In this document: positions 1 through 35,520 of the stretch, piece after piece
Layout of the letters: each line of letters starts with the position of its first letter
Numbering within the stretch: the first letter of the stretch is position 1
NCBI GenBank assembly: GCA_964016885.1
Contig: CAXHJY010000419.1
Span: forward strand, 1 to 64,000
DNA length: 64,000 bases
Source of the DNA: Eledone cirrhosa
Lineage: Eukaryota
Direction: 5' to 3'
Notes under the pieces: generated by a model
Seen by the model: the letters and a program-made list of their open reading frames with translations, nothing else
What the model was told of the DNA's origin: nothing
The model's database searches: none
Position numbers and translations under genes: made by a program

Positions 1-3000
1 GGTATATTGTATATCTGGTTTAGAATAGGTATACTGTATATCTGGTTTAGAATAGGTAAACTGTATATCTGGTTTAGAATAGGTACATTGTATATCTGGT
101 TTAGAATAGGTATACTGTATATCTGGTTTAGAAGAGGTATATTGTATATCTGGTTTAGAATAGGTATATTGTATATCTGGTTTAGAATAGGTATATTGTA
201 TATCTGGTTTAGAATAGGTATACTGTATATCTGGTTTAGAATAGGTATATTGTATATCTGGTTTAGAATAGGTATACTGTATATCTGGTTTAGAATAGGT
301 ATACTGTATATCTGGTTTAGAATAGGTATACTGTATATCTGGTTTAGAATAGGTATACTGTATATCTGGTTTAGAATAGGTATATTGTATATCTGGTTTA
401 GAATAGGTATATTGTATATCTGGTTTAGAATAGGTATATTGTATATCTGGTTTAGAATAGGTATACTGTATATCTGGTTTAGAATAGGTATATTGTATAT
501 CTGGTTTAGAATAGGTATATTGTATATCTGGTTTAGAATAGGTATACTGTATATCTGGTTTAGAATAGGTATACTGTATATCTGGTTTAGAATAGGTATA
601 TTGTATATCTGGTTTAGAATAGGTATACTGTATATCTGGTTTAGAATAGGTATACTGTATATCTGGTTTAGAATAGGTATACTGTATATCTGGTTTAGAA
701 TAGGTATATTGTATATCTGGTTTAGAATAGGTATATTGTATATCTGGTTTAGAATAGGTATACTGTATATCTGGTTTAGAATAGGTATACTGTATATCTG
801 GTTTAGAATAGGTACATCGTATATCTGGTTTAGAATAGGTATATTGTATATCTGGTTTAGAATAGGTATACTGTATATCTGGTTTAGAATAGGTATACTG
901 TATATCTGGTTTAGAATAGGTATATTGTATATCTGGTTTAGAATAGGTATATTGTATATCTGGTTTAGAATAGGTATATTGTATATCTGGTTTAGAATAG
1001 GTATACTGTATATCTGGTTTAGAATAGGTATATTGTATATCTGGTTTAGAATAGGTATATTGTATATCTGGTTTAGAAGAGGTATATTGTATATCTGGTT
1101 TAGAATAGGTATATTGTATATCTGGTTTAGAATAGGTATATTGTATATCTGGTTTAGAATAGGTATACTGTATATCTGGTTTAGAATAGGTATACTATAT
1201 ATCTGGTTTAGAATAGGTATATTGTATATCTGGTTTAGAATAGGTATACTGTATATCGGGTTTAGAATAGGTATACTGTATATCTGGTTTAGAATAGGTA
1301 TATTGTATATCTGGTTTAGAATAGGTATATTGTATATCTGGTTTAGAATAGGTATACTGTATATCTGGTTTAGAATAGGTATACTGTATATCTGGTTTAG
1401 AATAGGTATACTGTATATCTGGTTTAGAATAGGTATATTGTATATCTGGTTTAGAATAGGTATATTGTATATCTGGTTTAGAAGAGGTATACTGTATATC
1501 TGGTTTAGAATAGGTATATTGTATATCTGGTTTAGAATAGGTATACTGTATATCTGGTTTAGAATAGGTATACTGTATATCTGGTTTAGAATAGGTATAC
1601 TGTATATCTGGTTTAGAATAGGTACATTGTATATCTGGTTTAGAATAGGTATATTGTATATCTGGTTTAGAAGAGGTATACTGTATATCTGGTTTAGAAT
1701 AGGTATACTGTATATCTGGTTTAGAATAGGTATATTGTATATCTGGTTTAGAATAGGTATATTGTATATCTGGTTTAGAATAGGTATATTGTATATCTGG
1801 TTTAGAATAGGTATATTGTATATCTGGTTTAGAATAGGTATATTGTATATCTGGTTTAGAATAGGTATATTGTATATCTGGTTTAGAATAGGTATACTGT
1901 ATAACTGGTTTAGAATATGTATATTGTATATCTGGTTTAAGATAGGTATATTGTATATCTGGTTTAGAATAGGTATACTGTATATCTGGTTTAGAATAGG
2001 TATACTGTATATCTGGTTTAGAATAGGTATATTGTATATCTGGTTTAGAATAGGTATATTGTATATCTGGTTTAGAATAGGTATACTGTATATCTGGTTT
2101 AGAATAGGTATACTGTATATCTGGTTTAGAATAGGTATACTGTATATCTGGTTTAGAATAGGTATATTGTATATCTGGTTTAGAATAGGTATATTGTATA
2201 TCTGGTTTAGAATAGGTATATTGTATATCTGGTTTAGAATAGGTATACTGTATATCTGGTTTAGAATAGGTATACTGTATATCTGGTTTAGAATAGGTAT
2301 ATTGTATATCTGGTTTAGAATAGGTATACTGTATATCTGGTTTAGAATAGGTATACTGTATATCTGGTTTAGAATATGTATATTGTATATCTGGTTTAGA
2401 ATAGGTATATTGTATATCTGGTTTAGAATAGGTATATTGTATATCTGGTTTAGAATAGGTATACTGTATATCTGGTTTAGAATAGGTATATTGTATATCT
2501 GGTTTAGAATAGGTATATTGTATATCTGGTTTAGAATAGGTATACTGTATATCTGGTTTAGAATAGGTATACTGTATATCTGGTTTAGAATAGGTATATT
2601 GTATATCTGGTTTAGAATAGGTATACTGTATATCTCGTTTAGAATAGGTATATTGTATATCTGGTTTAGAATAGGTATACTGTATATCTGGTTTAGAATA
2701 GGTATATTGTATATCTGGTTTAGAATAGGTATATTGTATATCTGGTTTAGAATAGGTATACTGTATATCTGGTTTAGAATAGGTATACTGTATATCTGGT
2801 TTAGAATAGGTATACTGTATATCTGGTTTAGAATAGGTATACTGTATATCTGGTTTAGAATAGGTATATTGTATATCTGGTTTAGAATAGGTATACTGTA
2901 TATCTGGTTTAGAATAGGTATACTGTATATCTGGTTTAGAATAGGTATACTGTATATCTGGTTTAGAATAGGTATAATGTATATCTGGTTTAGAATAGGT

Positions 3001-6000
3001 ATATTGTATATCTGGTTTAGAATAGGTATATTGTATATCTGGTTTAGAATAGGTATACTGTATATCTGGTTTAGAATAGGTATACTGTATATCTGGTTTA
3101 GAATAGGTATATTGTATATCTGGTTTAGAATAGGTATACTGTATATCTGGTTTAGAATAGGTATATTGTATATCTGGTTTAGAATAGGTATACTGTATAT
3201 CTGGTTTAGAATAGGTATACTGTATATCTGGTTTAGAATAGGTATACTGTATATCTGGTTTAGAATAGGTATACTGTATATCTGGTTTAGAATGGGTATA
3301 CTGTATATCTGGTTTAGAATAGGTATACTGTATATCTTGTTTAGAATAGGTATATTGTATATCTGGTTTAGAATAGGTATATTGTATATCTGGTTTAGAA
3401 TAGGTATACTGTATATCTGGTTTAGAATAGGTATACTGTATATCTGGTTTAGAATAGGTATGCTGTATATCTGGTTTAGAATAGGTATATTGTATATCTG
3501 GTTTAGAATAGGTATATTGTATATCTGGTTTAGAATAGGTATATTGTATATCTGGTTTAGAATAGGTATACTGTATATCTGGTTTAGAATAGGTATACTG
3601 TATATCTGGTTTAGAATAGGTATATTGTATATCTGGTTTAGAATAGGTATACTGTATATCTGGTTTAGAAGAGGTATATTGTATATCTGGTTTAGAATAG
3701 GTATATTGTATATCTGGTTTAGAATAGGTATACTGTATATCTGGTTTAGAATAGGTATATTGTATATCTGGTTTAGAATAGGTATATTGTATATCTGGTT
3801 TAGAATAGGTATACTGTATATCTGGTTTAGAATAGGTATACTGTATATCTGGTTTAGAATAGGTATATTGTATATCTGGTTTAGAATAGGTATAGTGTAT
3901 ATCTGGTTTAGAAGAGGTATATTGTATATCTGGTTTAGAATAGGTATATTGTATATCTGGTTTAGAATAGGTATACTGTATATCGGGTTTAGAATAGGTA
4001 TATTGTATATCTGGTTTAGAATAGGTATACTGTATATCTGGTTTAGAATAGGTATACTGTATATCTGGTTTAGAATAGGTATACTGTATATCTGGTTTAG
4101 AATAGGTATACTGTATATCGGGTTTAGAATAGGTATATTGTATATCTGGTTTAGAATAGGTATACTGTATATCTGGTTTAGAATAGGTATATTGTATATC
4201 TGGTTTAGAATAGGTATACTGTATATCTGGTTTAGAATAGGTATACTGTATATCTGGTTTAGAATAGGTATATTGTATATCTGGTTTAGAATAGGTATAC
4301 TGTATATCGGGTTTAGAATAGGTATACTGTATATCTGGTTTAGAATAGGTATATTGTATATCTGGTTTAGAATAGGTATATTGTATATCTGGTTTAGAAT
4401 AGGTATATTGTATATCTGGTTTAGAATAGGTATACTGTATATCTGGTTTAGAATAGGTATACTGTATATCTGGTTTAGAATAGGTATATTGTATATCTGG
4501 TTTAGAATAGGTATACTGTATATCTGGTTTAGAAGAGGTATATTGTATATCTGGTTTAGAATAGGTATATTGTATATCTGGTTTAGAATAGGTATACTGT
4601 ATATCGGGTTTAGAATAGGTATATTGTATATCTGGTTTAGAATAGGTATACTGTATATCTGGTTTAGAATAGGTATACTGTATATCTGGTTTAGAATAGG
4701 TATACTGTATATCTGGTTTAGAATAGGTATACTGTATATCGGGTTTAGAATAGGTATATTGTATATCTGGTTTAGAATAGGTATACTGTATATCTGGTTT
4801 AGAATAGGTATATTGTATATCTGGTTTAGAATAGGTATACTGTATATCTGGTTTAGAATAGGTATACTGTATATCTGGTTTAGAATAGGTATATTGTATA
4901 TCTGGTTTAGAATAGGTATACTGTATATCGGGTTTAGAATAGGTATACTGTATATCTGGTTTAGAATAGGTATATTGTATATCTGGTTTAGAATAGGTAT
5001 ATTGTATATCTGGTTAAGAATAGGTATATTGTATATCTGGTTTAGAATAGGTATATTGTATATCTGGTTTAGAATAGGTATACTGTATATCTGGTTTAGA
5101 ATAGGTATATTGTATATCTGGTTTAGAATAGGTATACTGTATATCTGGTTTAGAATAGGTATACTGTATATCTGGTTTAGAATAGGTATACTGTATATCT
5201 GGTTTAGAATAGGTACATTGTATATCTGGTTTAGAATAGGTATATTGTATATCTGGTTTAGAAGAGGTATACTGTATATCTGGTTTAGAATAGGTATACT
5301 GTATATCTGGTTTAGAACAGGTATATTGTATATCTGGTTTAGAATAGGTATATTGTATATCTGGTTTAGAATAGGTATATTGTATATCTGGTTTAGAATA
5401 GGTATATTGTATATCTGGTTTAGAACAGGTATATTGTATATCTGGTTTAGAATAGGTATACTGTATATCTGGTTTAGAATAGGTATATTGTATATCTGGT
5501 TTAGAATAGGTATACTGTATATCTGGTTTAGAATAGGTATATTGTATATCTGGTTTAGAATAGGTATATTGTATATCTGGTTTAGAATAGGTATACTGTA
5601 TATCGGGTTTAGAATAGGTATATTGTATATCTGGTTTAGAATAGGTATACTGTATATCTGGTTTAGAATAGGTATACTGTATATCTGGTTTAGAATAGGT
5701 ATACTGTATATCTGGTTTAGAATAGGTATACTGTATATCGGGTTTAGAATAGGTATACTGTATATCTGGTTTAGAATAGGTATACTGTATATCTGGTTTA
5801 GAATAGGTATATTGTATATCTGGTTTAGAATAGGTATACTGTATATCTGGTTTAGAATATGTATACTGTATATCTGGTTTAGAATAGGTATACTGTATAT
5901 CTGGTTTAGAATAGGTATACTGTATATCTGGTTTAGAATAGGTATACTGTGTATCTGGTTTAGAATAGGTATATTGTATATCTGGTTTAGAATAGGTATA

Positions 6001-9000
6001 TTGTATATCTGGTTAAGAATAGGTATATTGTATATCTGGTTTAGAATAGGTATATTGTATATCTGGTTTAGAATAGGTATACTGTATATCTGGTTTAGAA
6101 TAGGTATATTGTATATCTGGTTTAGAATAGGTATACTGTATATCTGGTTTAGAATAGGTACATCGTATATCTGGTTTAGAATAGGTATATTGTATATCTG
6201 GTTTAGAAGAGGTATACTGTATATCTGGTTTAGAATAGGTATACTGTATATCTGGTTTAGAATAGGTATATTGTATATCTGGTTTAGAATAGGTATATTG
6301 TATATCTGGTTTAGAATAGGTATATTGTATATCTGGTTTAGAATAGGTATATTGTATATCTGGTTTAGAATAGGTATATTGTATATCTGGTTTAGAATAG
6401 GTATATTGTATATCTGGTTTAGAATAGGTATACTGTATATCTGGTTTAGAATATGTATATTGTATATCTGGTTTAGAATAGGTATATTGTATATCTGGTT
6501 TAGAATAGGTATACTGTATATCTGGTTTAGAATAGGTATACTGTATATCTGGTTTAGAATAGGTATACTGTATATCTGGTTTAGAATAGGTATATTGTAT
6601 ATCTGGTTTAGAATAGGTATACTGTATATCTGGTTTAGAATAGGTATACTGTATATCTGGTTTAGAATAGGTATACTGTATATCTGGTTTAGAATAGGTA
6701 TATTGTATATCTGGTTTAGAATAGGTATATTGTATATCTGGTTTAGAATAGGTATATTGTATATCTGGTTTCGAATAGGTATACTGTATATCTGGTTTAG
6801 AATAGGTATATTGTATATCTGGTTTAGAATAGGTATACTGTATATCTGGTTTAGAATAGGTATACTGTATATCTGGTTTAGAATAGGTATATTGTATATC
6901 TGGTTTAGAATAGGTATATTGTATATCTGGTTTAGAATAGGTATATTGTATATCTGGTTTAGAATAGGTATACTGTATATCTGGTTTAGAATAGGTATAT
7001 TGTATATCTGGTTTAGAATAGGTATATTGTATATCTGGTTTAGAATAGGTATACTGTATATCTGGTTTAGAATAGGTATACTGTATATCTGGTTTAGAAT
7101 AGGTATATTGTATATCTGGTTTAGAATAGGTGTACTGTATATCTCGTTTAGAATAGGTATACTGTATATCTGGTTTAGAATAGGTATATTGTATATCTGG
7201 TTTAGAATAGGTATATTGTATATCTGGTTTAGAATAGGTATATTGTATATCTGGTTTAGAATAGGTATACTGTATATCTGGTTTAGAATAGGTATATTGT
7301 ATATCTGGTTTAGAATAGGTATATTGTATATCTGGTTTAGAATAGGTATACTGTATATCTGGTTTAGAATAGGTATACTGTATATCTGGTTTAGAATAGG
7401 TATATTGTATATCTGGTTTAGAATAGGTGTACTGTATATCTCGTTTAGAATAGGTATACTGTATATCTGGTTTAGAATAGGTATATTGTATATCTGGTTT
7501 AGAATAGGTATATTGTATATCTGGTTTAGAATAGGTATACTGTATATCTGGTTTAGAATAGGTATACTGTATATCTGGTTTAGAATAGGTATACTGTATA
7601 TCTGGTTTAGAATAGGTATACTGTATATCTGGTTTAGAATAGGTATATTGTATATCTGGTTTAGAATAGGTATATTGTATATCTGGTTTAGAATAGGTAT
7701 ATTGTATATCTGGTTTAGAATAGGTATACTGTATATCTGGTTTAGAATAGGTATACTGTATATCTGGTTTAGAATAGGTATATTGTATATCTGGTTTAGA
7801 ATAGGTATACTGTATATCTGGTTTAGAATAGGTATATTGTATATCTGGTTTAGAATAGGTATATTGTATATCTGGTTTAGAATAGGTATACTGTATATCT
7901 GGTTTAGAATAGGTATACTGTATATCTGGTTTAGAATAGGTATACTGTATATCTGGTTTAGAATAGGTATACTGTATATCTGGTTTAGAATAGGTATACT
8001 GTATATCTGGTTTAGAATAGGTATACTGTATATCTGGTTTAGAATAGGTATATTGTATATCTGGTTTAGAATAGGTATATTGTATATCTGGTTTAGAATA
8101 GGTATACTGTATATCTGGTTTAGAATAGGTATACTGTATATCTGGTTTAGAATAGGTATGCTGTATATCTGGTTTAGAATAGGTATATTGTATATCTGGT
8201 TTAGAATAGGTATATTGTATATCTGGTTTAGAATAGGTATATTGTATATCTGGTTTAGAATAGGTATACTGTATATCTGGTTTAGAATAGGTAAACTGTA
8301 TATCTGGTTTAGAATAGGTACATTGTATATCTGGTTTAGAATAGGTATACTGTATATCTGGTTTAGAAGAGGTATATTGTATATCTGGTTTAGAATAGGT
8401 ATATTGTATATCTGGTTTAGAATAGGTATATTGTATATCTGGTTTAGAATAGGTATACTGTATATCTGGTTTAGAATAGGTATATTGTATATCTGGTTTA
8501 GAAGAGGTATACTGTATATCGGGTTTAGAATAGGTATACTGTATATCTGGTTTAGAATAGGTATACTGTATATCTGGTTTAGAATAGGTATACTGTATAT
8601 CTGGTTTAGAATAGGTATATTGTATATCTGGTTTAGAATAGGTATATTGTATATCTGGTTTAGAATAGGTATATTGTATATCTGGTTTAGAATAGGTATA
8701 CTGTATATCTGGTTTAGAATAGGTATATTGTATATCTGGTTTAGAATAGGTATATTGTATATCTGGTTTAGAATAGGTATACTGTATATCTGGTTTAGAA
8801 TAGGTATACTGTATATCTGGTTTAGAATAGGTATATTGTATATCTGGTTTAGAATAGGTATACTGTATATCTGGTTTAGAATAGGTATACTGTATATCTG
8901 GTTTAGAATAGGTATACTGTATATCTGGTTTAGAATAGGTATATTGTATATCTGGTTTAGAATAGGTATATTGTATATCTGGTTTAGAATAGGTATACTG

Positions 9001-10597
9001 TATATCTGGTTTAGAATAGGTATACTGTATATCTGGTTTAGAATAGGTACATCGTATATCTGGTTTAGAATAGGTATATTGTATATCTGGTTTAGAAGAG
9101 GTATACTGTATATCTGGTTTAGAATAGGTATACTGTATATCTGGTTTAGAATAGGTATATTGTATATCTGGTTTAGAATAGGTATATTGTATATCTGGTT
9201 TAGAATAGGTATATTGTATATCTGGTTTAGAATAGGTATACTGTATATCTGGTTTAGAATAGGTATATTGTATATCTGGTTTAGAATAGGTATATTGTAT
9301 ATCTGGTTTAGAAGAGGTATATTGTATATCTGGTTTAGAATAGGTATATTGTATATCTGGTTTAGAATAGGTATACTGTATATCTGGTTTAGAATAGGTA
9401 TACTGTATATCTGGTTTAGAATAGGTATACTATATATCTGGTTTAGAATAGGTATATTGTATATCTGGTTTAGAATAGGTATACTGTATATCGGGTTTAG
9501 AATAGGTATACTGTATATCTGGTTTAGAATAGGTATATTGTATATCTGGTTTAGAATAGGTATATTGTATATCTGGTTTAGAATAGGTATACTGTATATC
9601 TGGTTTAGAATAGGTATACTGTATATCTGGTTTAGAATAGGTATACTGTATATCTGGTTTAGAATAGGTATATTGTATATCTGGTTTAGAATAGGTATAC
9701 TGTATATCTGGTTTAGAAGAGGTATACTGTATATCTGGTTTAGAATAGGTATACTGTATATCTGGTTTAGAATAGGTATACTGTATATCGGGTTTAGAAT
9801 AGGTATACTGTATATCGGGTTTAGAATAGGTATATTGTATATCTGGTTTAGAATAGGTATACTGTATATCTGGTTTAGAATAGGTATACTGTATATCTGG
9901 TTTAGAATAGGTATACTGTATATCTGGTTTAGAATAGGTATACTGTATATCGGGTTTAGAATAGGTATACTGTATATCGGGTTTAGAATAGGTATACTGT
10001 ATATCGGGTTTAGAATAGGTATATTGTATATCTGGTTTAGAATAGGTATACTGTATATCTGGTTTAGAATAGGTATACTGTATATCTGGTTTAGAATAGG
10101 TATACTGTATATCTGGTTTAGAATAGGTATACTGTATATCGGGTTTAGAATAGGTATATTGTATATCTGGTTTAGAATAGGTATACTGTATATCTGGTTT
10201 AGAATAGGTATATTGTATATCTGGTTTAGAATAGGTATACTGTATATCTGGTTTAGAATAGGTATATTGTATATCTGGTTTAGAATAGGTATACTGTATA
10301 TCTGGTTTAGAATAGGTACACTGTATATCTGGTTTAGAATAGGTATATTGTATATCTGGTTTAGAATAGGTATACTGTATATCTGGTTTAGAATAGGTAT
10401 ATTGTATATCTGGTTTAAAATAGGTATACTGTATATCTGGTTTAGAATAGGTATACTGTATATCTGGTTTAGAATAGGTATATTGTATATCTGGTTTAAA
10501 ATAGGTATACTGTATATCTGGTTTAGAATAGGTATATTGTATATCTGGTTTAGAATAGGTATACTGTTTATATGAAGTAGAATAAGTATACTGTATA
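1..10597. repeat. 27-bp tandem satellite, about 392 copies (GGTATA[C/T]TGTATATCTGGTTTAGAATA), inside a CYFIP intron; continues past window start
   Basis: 27-bp periodicity with no visible indels; degenerate last copies end about 13 bp from the donor at 10610. Confidence 0.98.
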
Positions 10598-10609
10598 AGG
10601 ATTAACTCA

Positions 10610-30294
<19,685 letters not shown>

Positions 30295-32373
30295 CTAAGC
30301 GCGCCTCCTCACTCACACGTGATGCTGCTGCTTCCTGAAAGACACACACAAGACACCCTTATTTTCTCAACAATTACATCGTAGAAGGGTCACTTTAGTC
30401 AGAAAAGAAAGCACTAAAAAAACTGATATCCCTTTTTTTATACTAAACCACCTGAAACCTCCTCTGGTTTTATGATGCAAAACTGTTTTGTTTTAAAGTA
30501 TTTGTTATATTCATCTAAAAATTTTCTATTAAAATTTTGTGTAAGAACCTTGGTTAAGTTATGTTCCAAACACCATTTTATTAATGAGAAAGTTATATTA
30601 CATAATCTACCAAATTCTCAATTATTTGAAAATTATATATATGACAAAAAGCACCCAGCCCACAATGTAAGAGGTCGTAGAAACCAAGCCACTGTCACAA
30701 CTTGCCTCAAATGGGACAGCTCATCTAACCCATGCTAGCATGGAAAATAGAACTTAAATGATTCATCATTATCATCATCGTCATGCTAGCATGGGTTTAG
30801 ACGGGAATTGTCCCACTTGAGGCAAGATTGGTCGGGAGACCGTGTCTCGCTCGTATAGGACTGTCTGGCAGGTTTTCTACGGCTGGATGCCCTTCTTAAC
30901 ACCAACCACATGTGTGTGTGTATATATATACACATATATTTTATGAATAATTAAAATGTTAGGTGATGGTTTGAAAATTGAAAATACGTGAATATCAAAT
31001 GCAGAAAATAACTGTAACAATTAACCTCTATAAATAATATCTTAGAAAATTGGGCCACCACCCACTACAGAGAATCAAACTCCGTATCTCTCAAATAATT
31101 ACATGACATATATAATCATTTATTTATTTATAGTTATCTATATAATGATTCAAATATTTAACTTATTTAGAGAAAACCTTTTTTTGTAAAATTTCCACTC
31201 CACACTTCATTTTCAGTCTCACATTATTACTTTCTTTTTTAGTGATAACACACAAAACAAGATGATGTAGGACAGAACAAAGGAGAGACACAAAATGACA
31301 AATTAGTCACCGAGGAGGTCGCAGAATGTGTGACGAAAGAGCTTTGACAATAAATAAACAACCATCCGGATATTAGACCAACCAACTGGAAATTTATAAT
31401 AAATTGAAGTGAAAACCAACAGGTGCATGTGTTTTTATTGGCAGCATGACCCTCCCAAAGTATAACAATATCTGTTTCAACACACATTTTCAGATAAGAA
31501 ATCTTGCAAAAGAAATATAAAAATGAAATACATATATTGCAAATATACAAATGAGAAATTTGATGATTTTGATTTTATTTTAAGTAAATAACTATTTATA
31601 TTTATTATATTATATTCATTTCATTATTGTGTATAACCACCATCAAATTATAATCACTTTACCTATGTAATATTAACTACACTGGAAAATGTAAATATAG
31701 TTCCCAAATTACTCGGCATATGAAATGAAATTTACAGCTCATACATACCTACGCAGGCTGAGCTGGCCTCCTTCCAAGTAGCATCTGATAGGAATATTTG
31801 TTTTATTTGGGAGAAGGGGGGGGGGGGATTTAATGATCAGGACCATAGTTCTATAAAGGAAATGAAGTATCTTGCTCAAGAACACAATGCACCAACAGGT
31901 CCAGGAATCAAACTCATGACCCTATAACCATGAGTCCAGCATCCTAACCACTAGGTTACACATCTTCACTGTCATATGATAGGTGAAACTAGTAAATAAA
32001 TAAATAAAAATAGGCAATGACAGTGCCCAAACATGGCCTCAGTCTGTGGGCTAGAAGACGTAATAGGATAATAGAGTGTTTCCCAGGCAAAAATAAAGTA
32101 TTTTAAACTGTTTAGAAACAGTCTTTAGTTAAGACTAGACAGAACAAAATGGTTTGTTTTCTACTTAGTTTTTCATCTTCACTAATACATGAAGACAAGA
32201 CATAGCTGTTGTAATTTCCACTAGTTAGTATTAAGTAAAACAACTTAGTAGCAGTAATAATAATAGTACTGTGTGGTAGTGTTTCATTATTGGTATGTCA
32301 ATTGACCCATTTTCACTATGTTAAAATATAGTTGTACTGCAGCAATAATACGACACGCTCATATATATATATA

Positions 32374-32452
32374 CAGAATGTCTCCCAAAAATGTATACAC
32401 ACTTTAACAGCATTCTAATAAACATGTGTTTACATTTTTTTGTGACACCCTG
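32374..32452. mobile_element. about 80-bp Tc1/mariner-like MITE
   Basis: imperfect TIRs ending CAG...GACACCCTG flanked by TA; sister copy at 56268-56346. Confidence 0.65.
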
Positions 32453-34705
32453 TATATATATATATATATGTGGTTGGCGTTAAGAAAGGCATCCAGCCAT
32501 AGAAACCAAACCAGAATCAGTTCTGTATGAGCAAGACATGGTCATCTGATCTGACTTGTCACAATGAGACAACTCATCTAATCCATATATATATATATTT
32601 TAATGAGGTAAAGGTCTGACCATGAGCTCTGCAGTTTCAGTTTGTCATCTCCGCAAACTTGAATAGATAGAGGAAGGAAAAAAAACCAACCGAGACGCCT
32701 AGTGGTTTTGGCTGTATTCAGCAAGACTTTTCAATGGTTTTTATCTTCCCATTTACTCACTCTGCTTATTCCCATTCCTAGAACACTTCCTTGATTTGTG
32801 GTCTTCAAAATAGGGGGTTACACAGGACAAAGACAATGGAAAAATAATGGAAAAACAGATAGTCCCATCTCCTCAGCCAATCTCTGGAAATCACAATAGT
32901 TTCAGTACATTAAGGCAGATACCATTCATTCCAGTGTACATTAAGGCAGATACCATTCATTCCAGTGTACATTGGGACATAACAAAACAGCTAGATACAA
33001 AGACAGGACAATTTAAACATTTTGGTGAATTACACAAAGATACATGACAAAGTATCCCAAGTGTGTCAACTGACAAAGAAAGGAGAGAACGGTGTGCGAG
33101 GGCTTAGACAAAGGAGAAAAAATATACAAAAGAGAGAAATAGAAAAACAAGAGAATAATATGGACTGCAGTCCAATGTGCAGACAAAGAAAAATGAAACA
33201 GAAGTAGAAAAGGTAAGAAAGGAGAATAGAGGAAGACAGACTGGGCTGTAGTCTGCGGGAGATTCTTCCTATTTTCATTAGAAGCGGTGGATTGCCGTGA
33301 CCTGCTGGATAGCTAACACTGCATGGACCTATCGTATGATTCAGGCAGCCTGCTGAAGACATGTAATAGCCCAATTATGTAAATATTTTACGTGATTTTC
33401 TGAATATTGCAGACGTAATATCTGCATTTGTAAAGTTATATTACAAAGAAACGATCATCCAGGAAATGAGATATTTACATCTATCTCTACCTAAACACAA
33501 CCAGTGTATCTAGTTAACTGAATGTGTGCACTCTGAACAGTTGATTGCAGCTATATTACTGCAATTCGCCAGATTCATTGAGTAAGGTAGACGTTGGCTG
33601 GAGGACGCTGAATTTATACCAACGATCTTCATTACTTTTATTATATATATATCGCATACCACTCTGATTTGTGGTTTTCCCACATATATATATATATATA
33701 CATATATATATATCCGTGTGTGTGCGTGTGTATATACACACATACAAACACAAAATCGCCACTCCTAACTAAATGACCAAGTTCCGTTCCACTGATATTG
33801 TCACAAAGTTAACCAGTCAGTAAATGAATTCTTGAGTTATCAAATAAGTTCTAATCCACCAATCCAATGAGCGAGTCACAAAACATCTTCAGATATTGTT
33901 TTACTGTTACACAACAGATGATACAGTCCAAGAGAATAAGAAATATTACCAAATATCAGTGGAAGCACTAACATAGTAACTGTGAATTTGTTTTGTTTTA
34001 CAAAGCTCTTACAAAAATTAAAACAAAAGGGTCTTCAAGTGAGAAATTGGTGTGTGTGTGTATATATATTCACTGAGATGGGTTTGGTGCAGTCAACTGG
34101 CCTGTCCCCCTCATAATGGTGCCATCCTGTTCCACACTGTAAATGTGGTTGGTGTCAGGAAGGGCATCCAACTGTAAAAACACAGCCAAATTTAGAGTCC
34201 TCGTTGGAACAAGGTATGACGAGGCCAGATTTGGCCAGATTTGTCTCCCAACATGGCGATCCGTCTAACCCATGCAAGCGTGGAAAATGGACACTAAACA
34301 ATGATGATGATATATATGTATATATATGTTCATCAACATGATAAACACAAACAGTGTACTATGTAATGCGGTTAGTAATAGGAAGGGCATCCAGCAATAG
34401 AAAACCAGACAAACAAAGGGTTGAGATGACCCTTCCGCTGTGTCAATAACATGACAACCTTCCTAGTGATGGTGCCACAATAAAATGCACTCGACAGCAA
34501 ATGAGAACTTATGTAAGTGAGAGGTGAGCTCTCTCTCTCTCTCTGGTCTGTTTGATACTTGCTTGGTAGGACACAAAAAAGTATCTAAGCGAGATGTAAG
34601 CTTCTGACACACTTGAGAAGTTGGCAGCTCTGCTTGAGTACTGGCTTTGTCTGTGAAGGTTCATCCAACTTACAGTAGCAGGGAAGAACTTTAAATGATG
34701 GTGAT

Positions 34706-34760
34706 TATATATATAATTTATATATATAATATATATAAATATTATATATATAATATATAT

Positions 34761-34802
<42 letters not shown>

Positions 34803-34875
34803 TTATATATATAATATATATATATATATAATTTATATATATAATATATATAAATATTATATATATAATATATAT

Positions 34876-34907
<32 letters not shown>

Positions 34908-35408
34908 AATATTATATATATAATATATATATATATAATTTATATATATAATTTATATATATAATATATATAAATATTATATATATAATATATATATATA
35001 TAATTTATATATATAATATATATAAATATTATATATATAATATATATATATATAATTTATATATATAATATATATAAATATTATATATATAATATATATA
35101 TATATAATTTATATATATAATATATATAAATATTATATATATAATATATATATATATAATATATATAAATATTATATATATAATATATATATATATAATA
35201 TATATAAATATTATATATATAATATATATATATATAATTTATATATATAATATATATAAATATTATATATATAATATATATATATATAATATATATAAAT
35301 ATTATATATATAATATATATATATATAATTTATATATATAATATATATAAATATTATATATATAATATATATATATATAATTTATATATATATATATATA
35401 TATATATA
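34706..35408. repeat. pure A/T compound micro/minisatellite
   Basis: (TA)n with recurring AATTT/AAATATT interruptions, no G or C. Confidence 0.95.
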
Positions 35409-35520
35409 GGAACCAGTAAGACCCCGACAGCTGAGCTCAAGCCGTTTCGACGGCTAATTCCCCCAGAATTAGCCGTCGAAACGGCTTGAGCTCAGCTGTC
35501 GGGGTCTTACTGTTTCCTAT
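35406..35520. repeat. 55-bp-arm inverted repeat with 5-nt loop
   Basis: 35406-35460 vs 35466-35520, 54/55 complementary. Confidence 0.95.

Noticed and set aside
7-10575. 3522-aa ORF of (GILYIWFRI)n whose common C/T variant is synonymous
   Set aside because: The unit is a multiple of 3 with no stop in one frame. Only about 20 distinct variants exist and only about 6 of 81 possible substitutions make a stop, so an open frame is unsurprising. It is antisense within a CYFIP intron and has no plausible start.
33235-33683. Hairpin-rich segment with CTGAAGA near a TA tract
   Set aside because: No GAAA core or convincing stem I, so a ribozyme cannot be supported.
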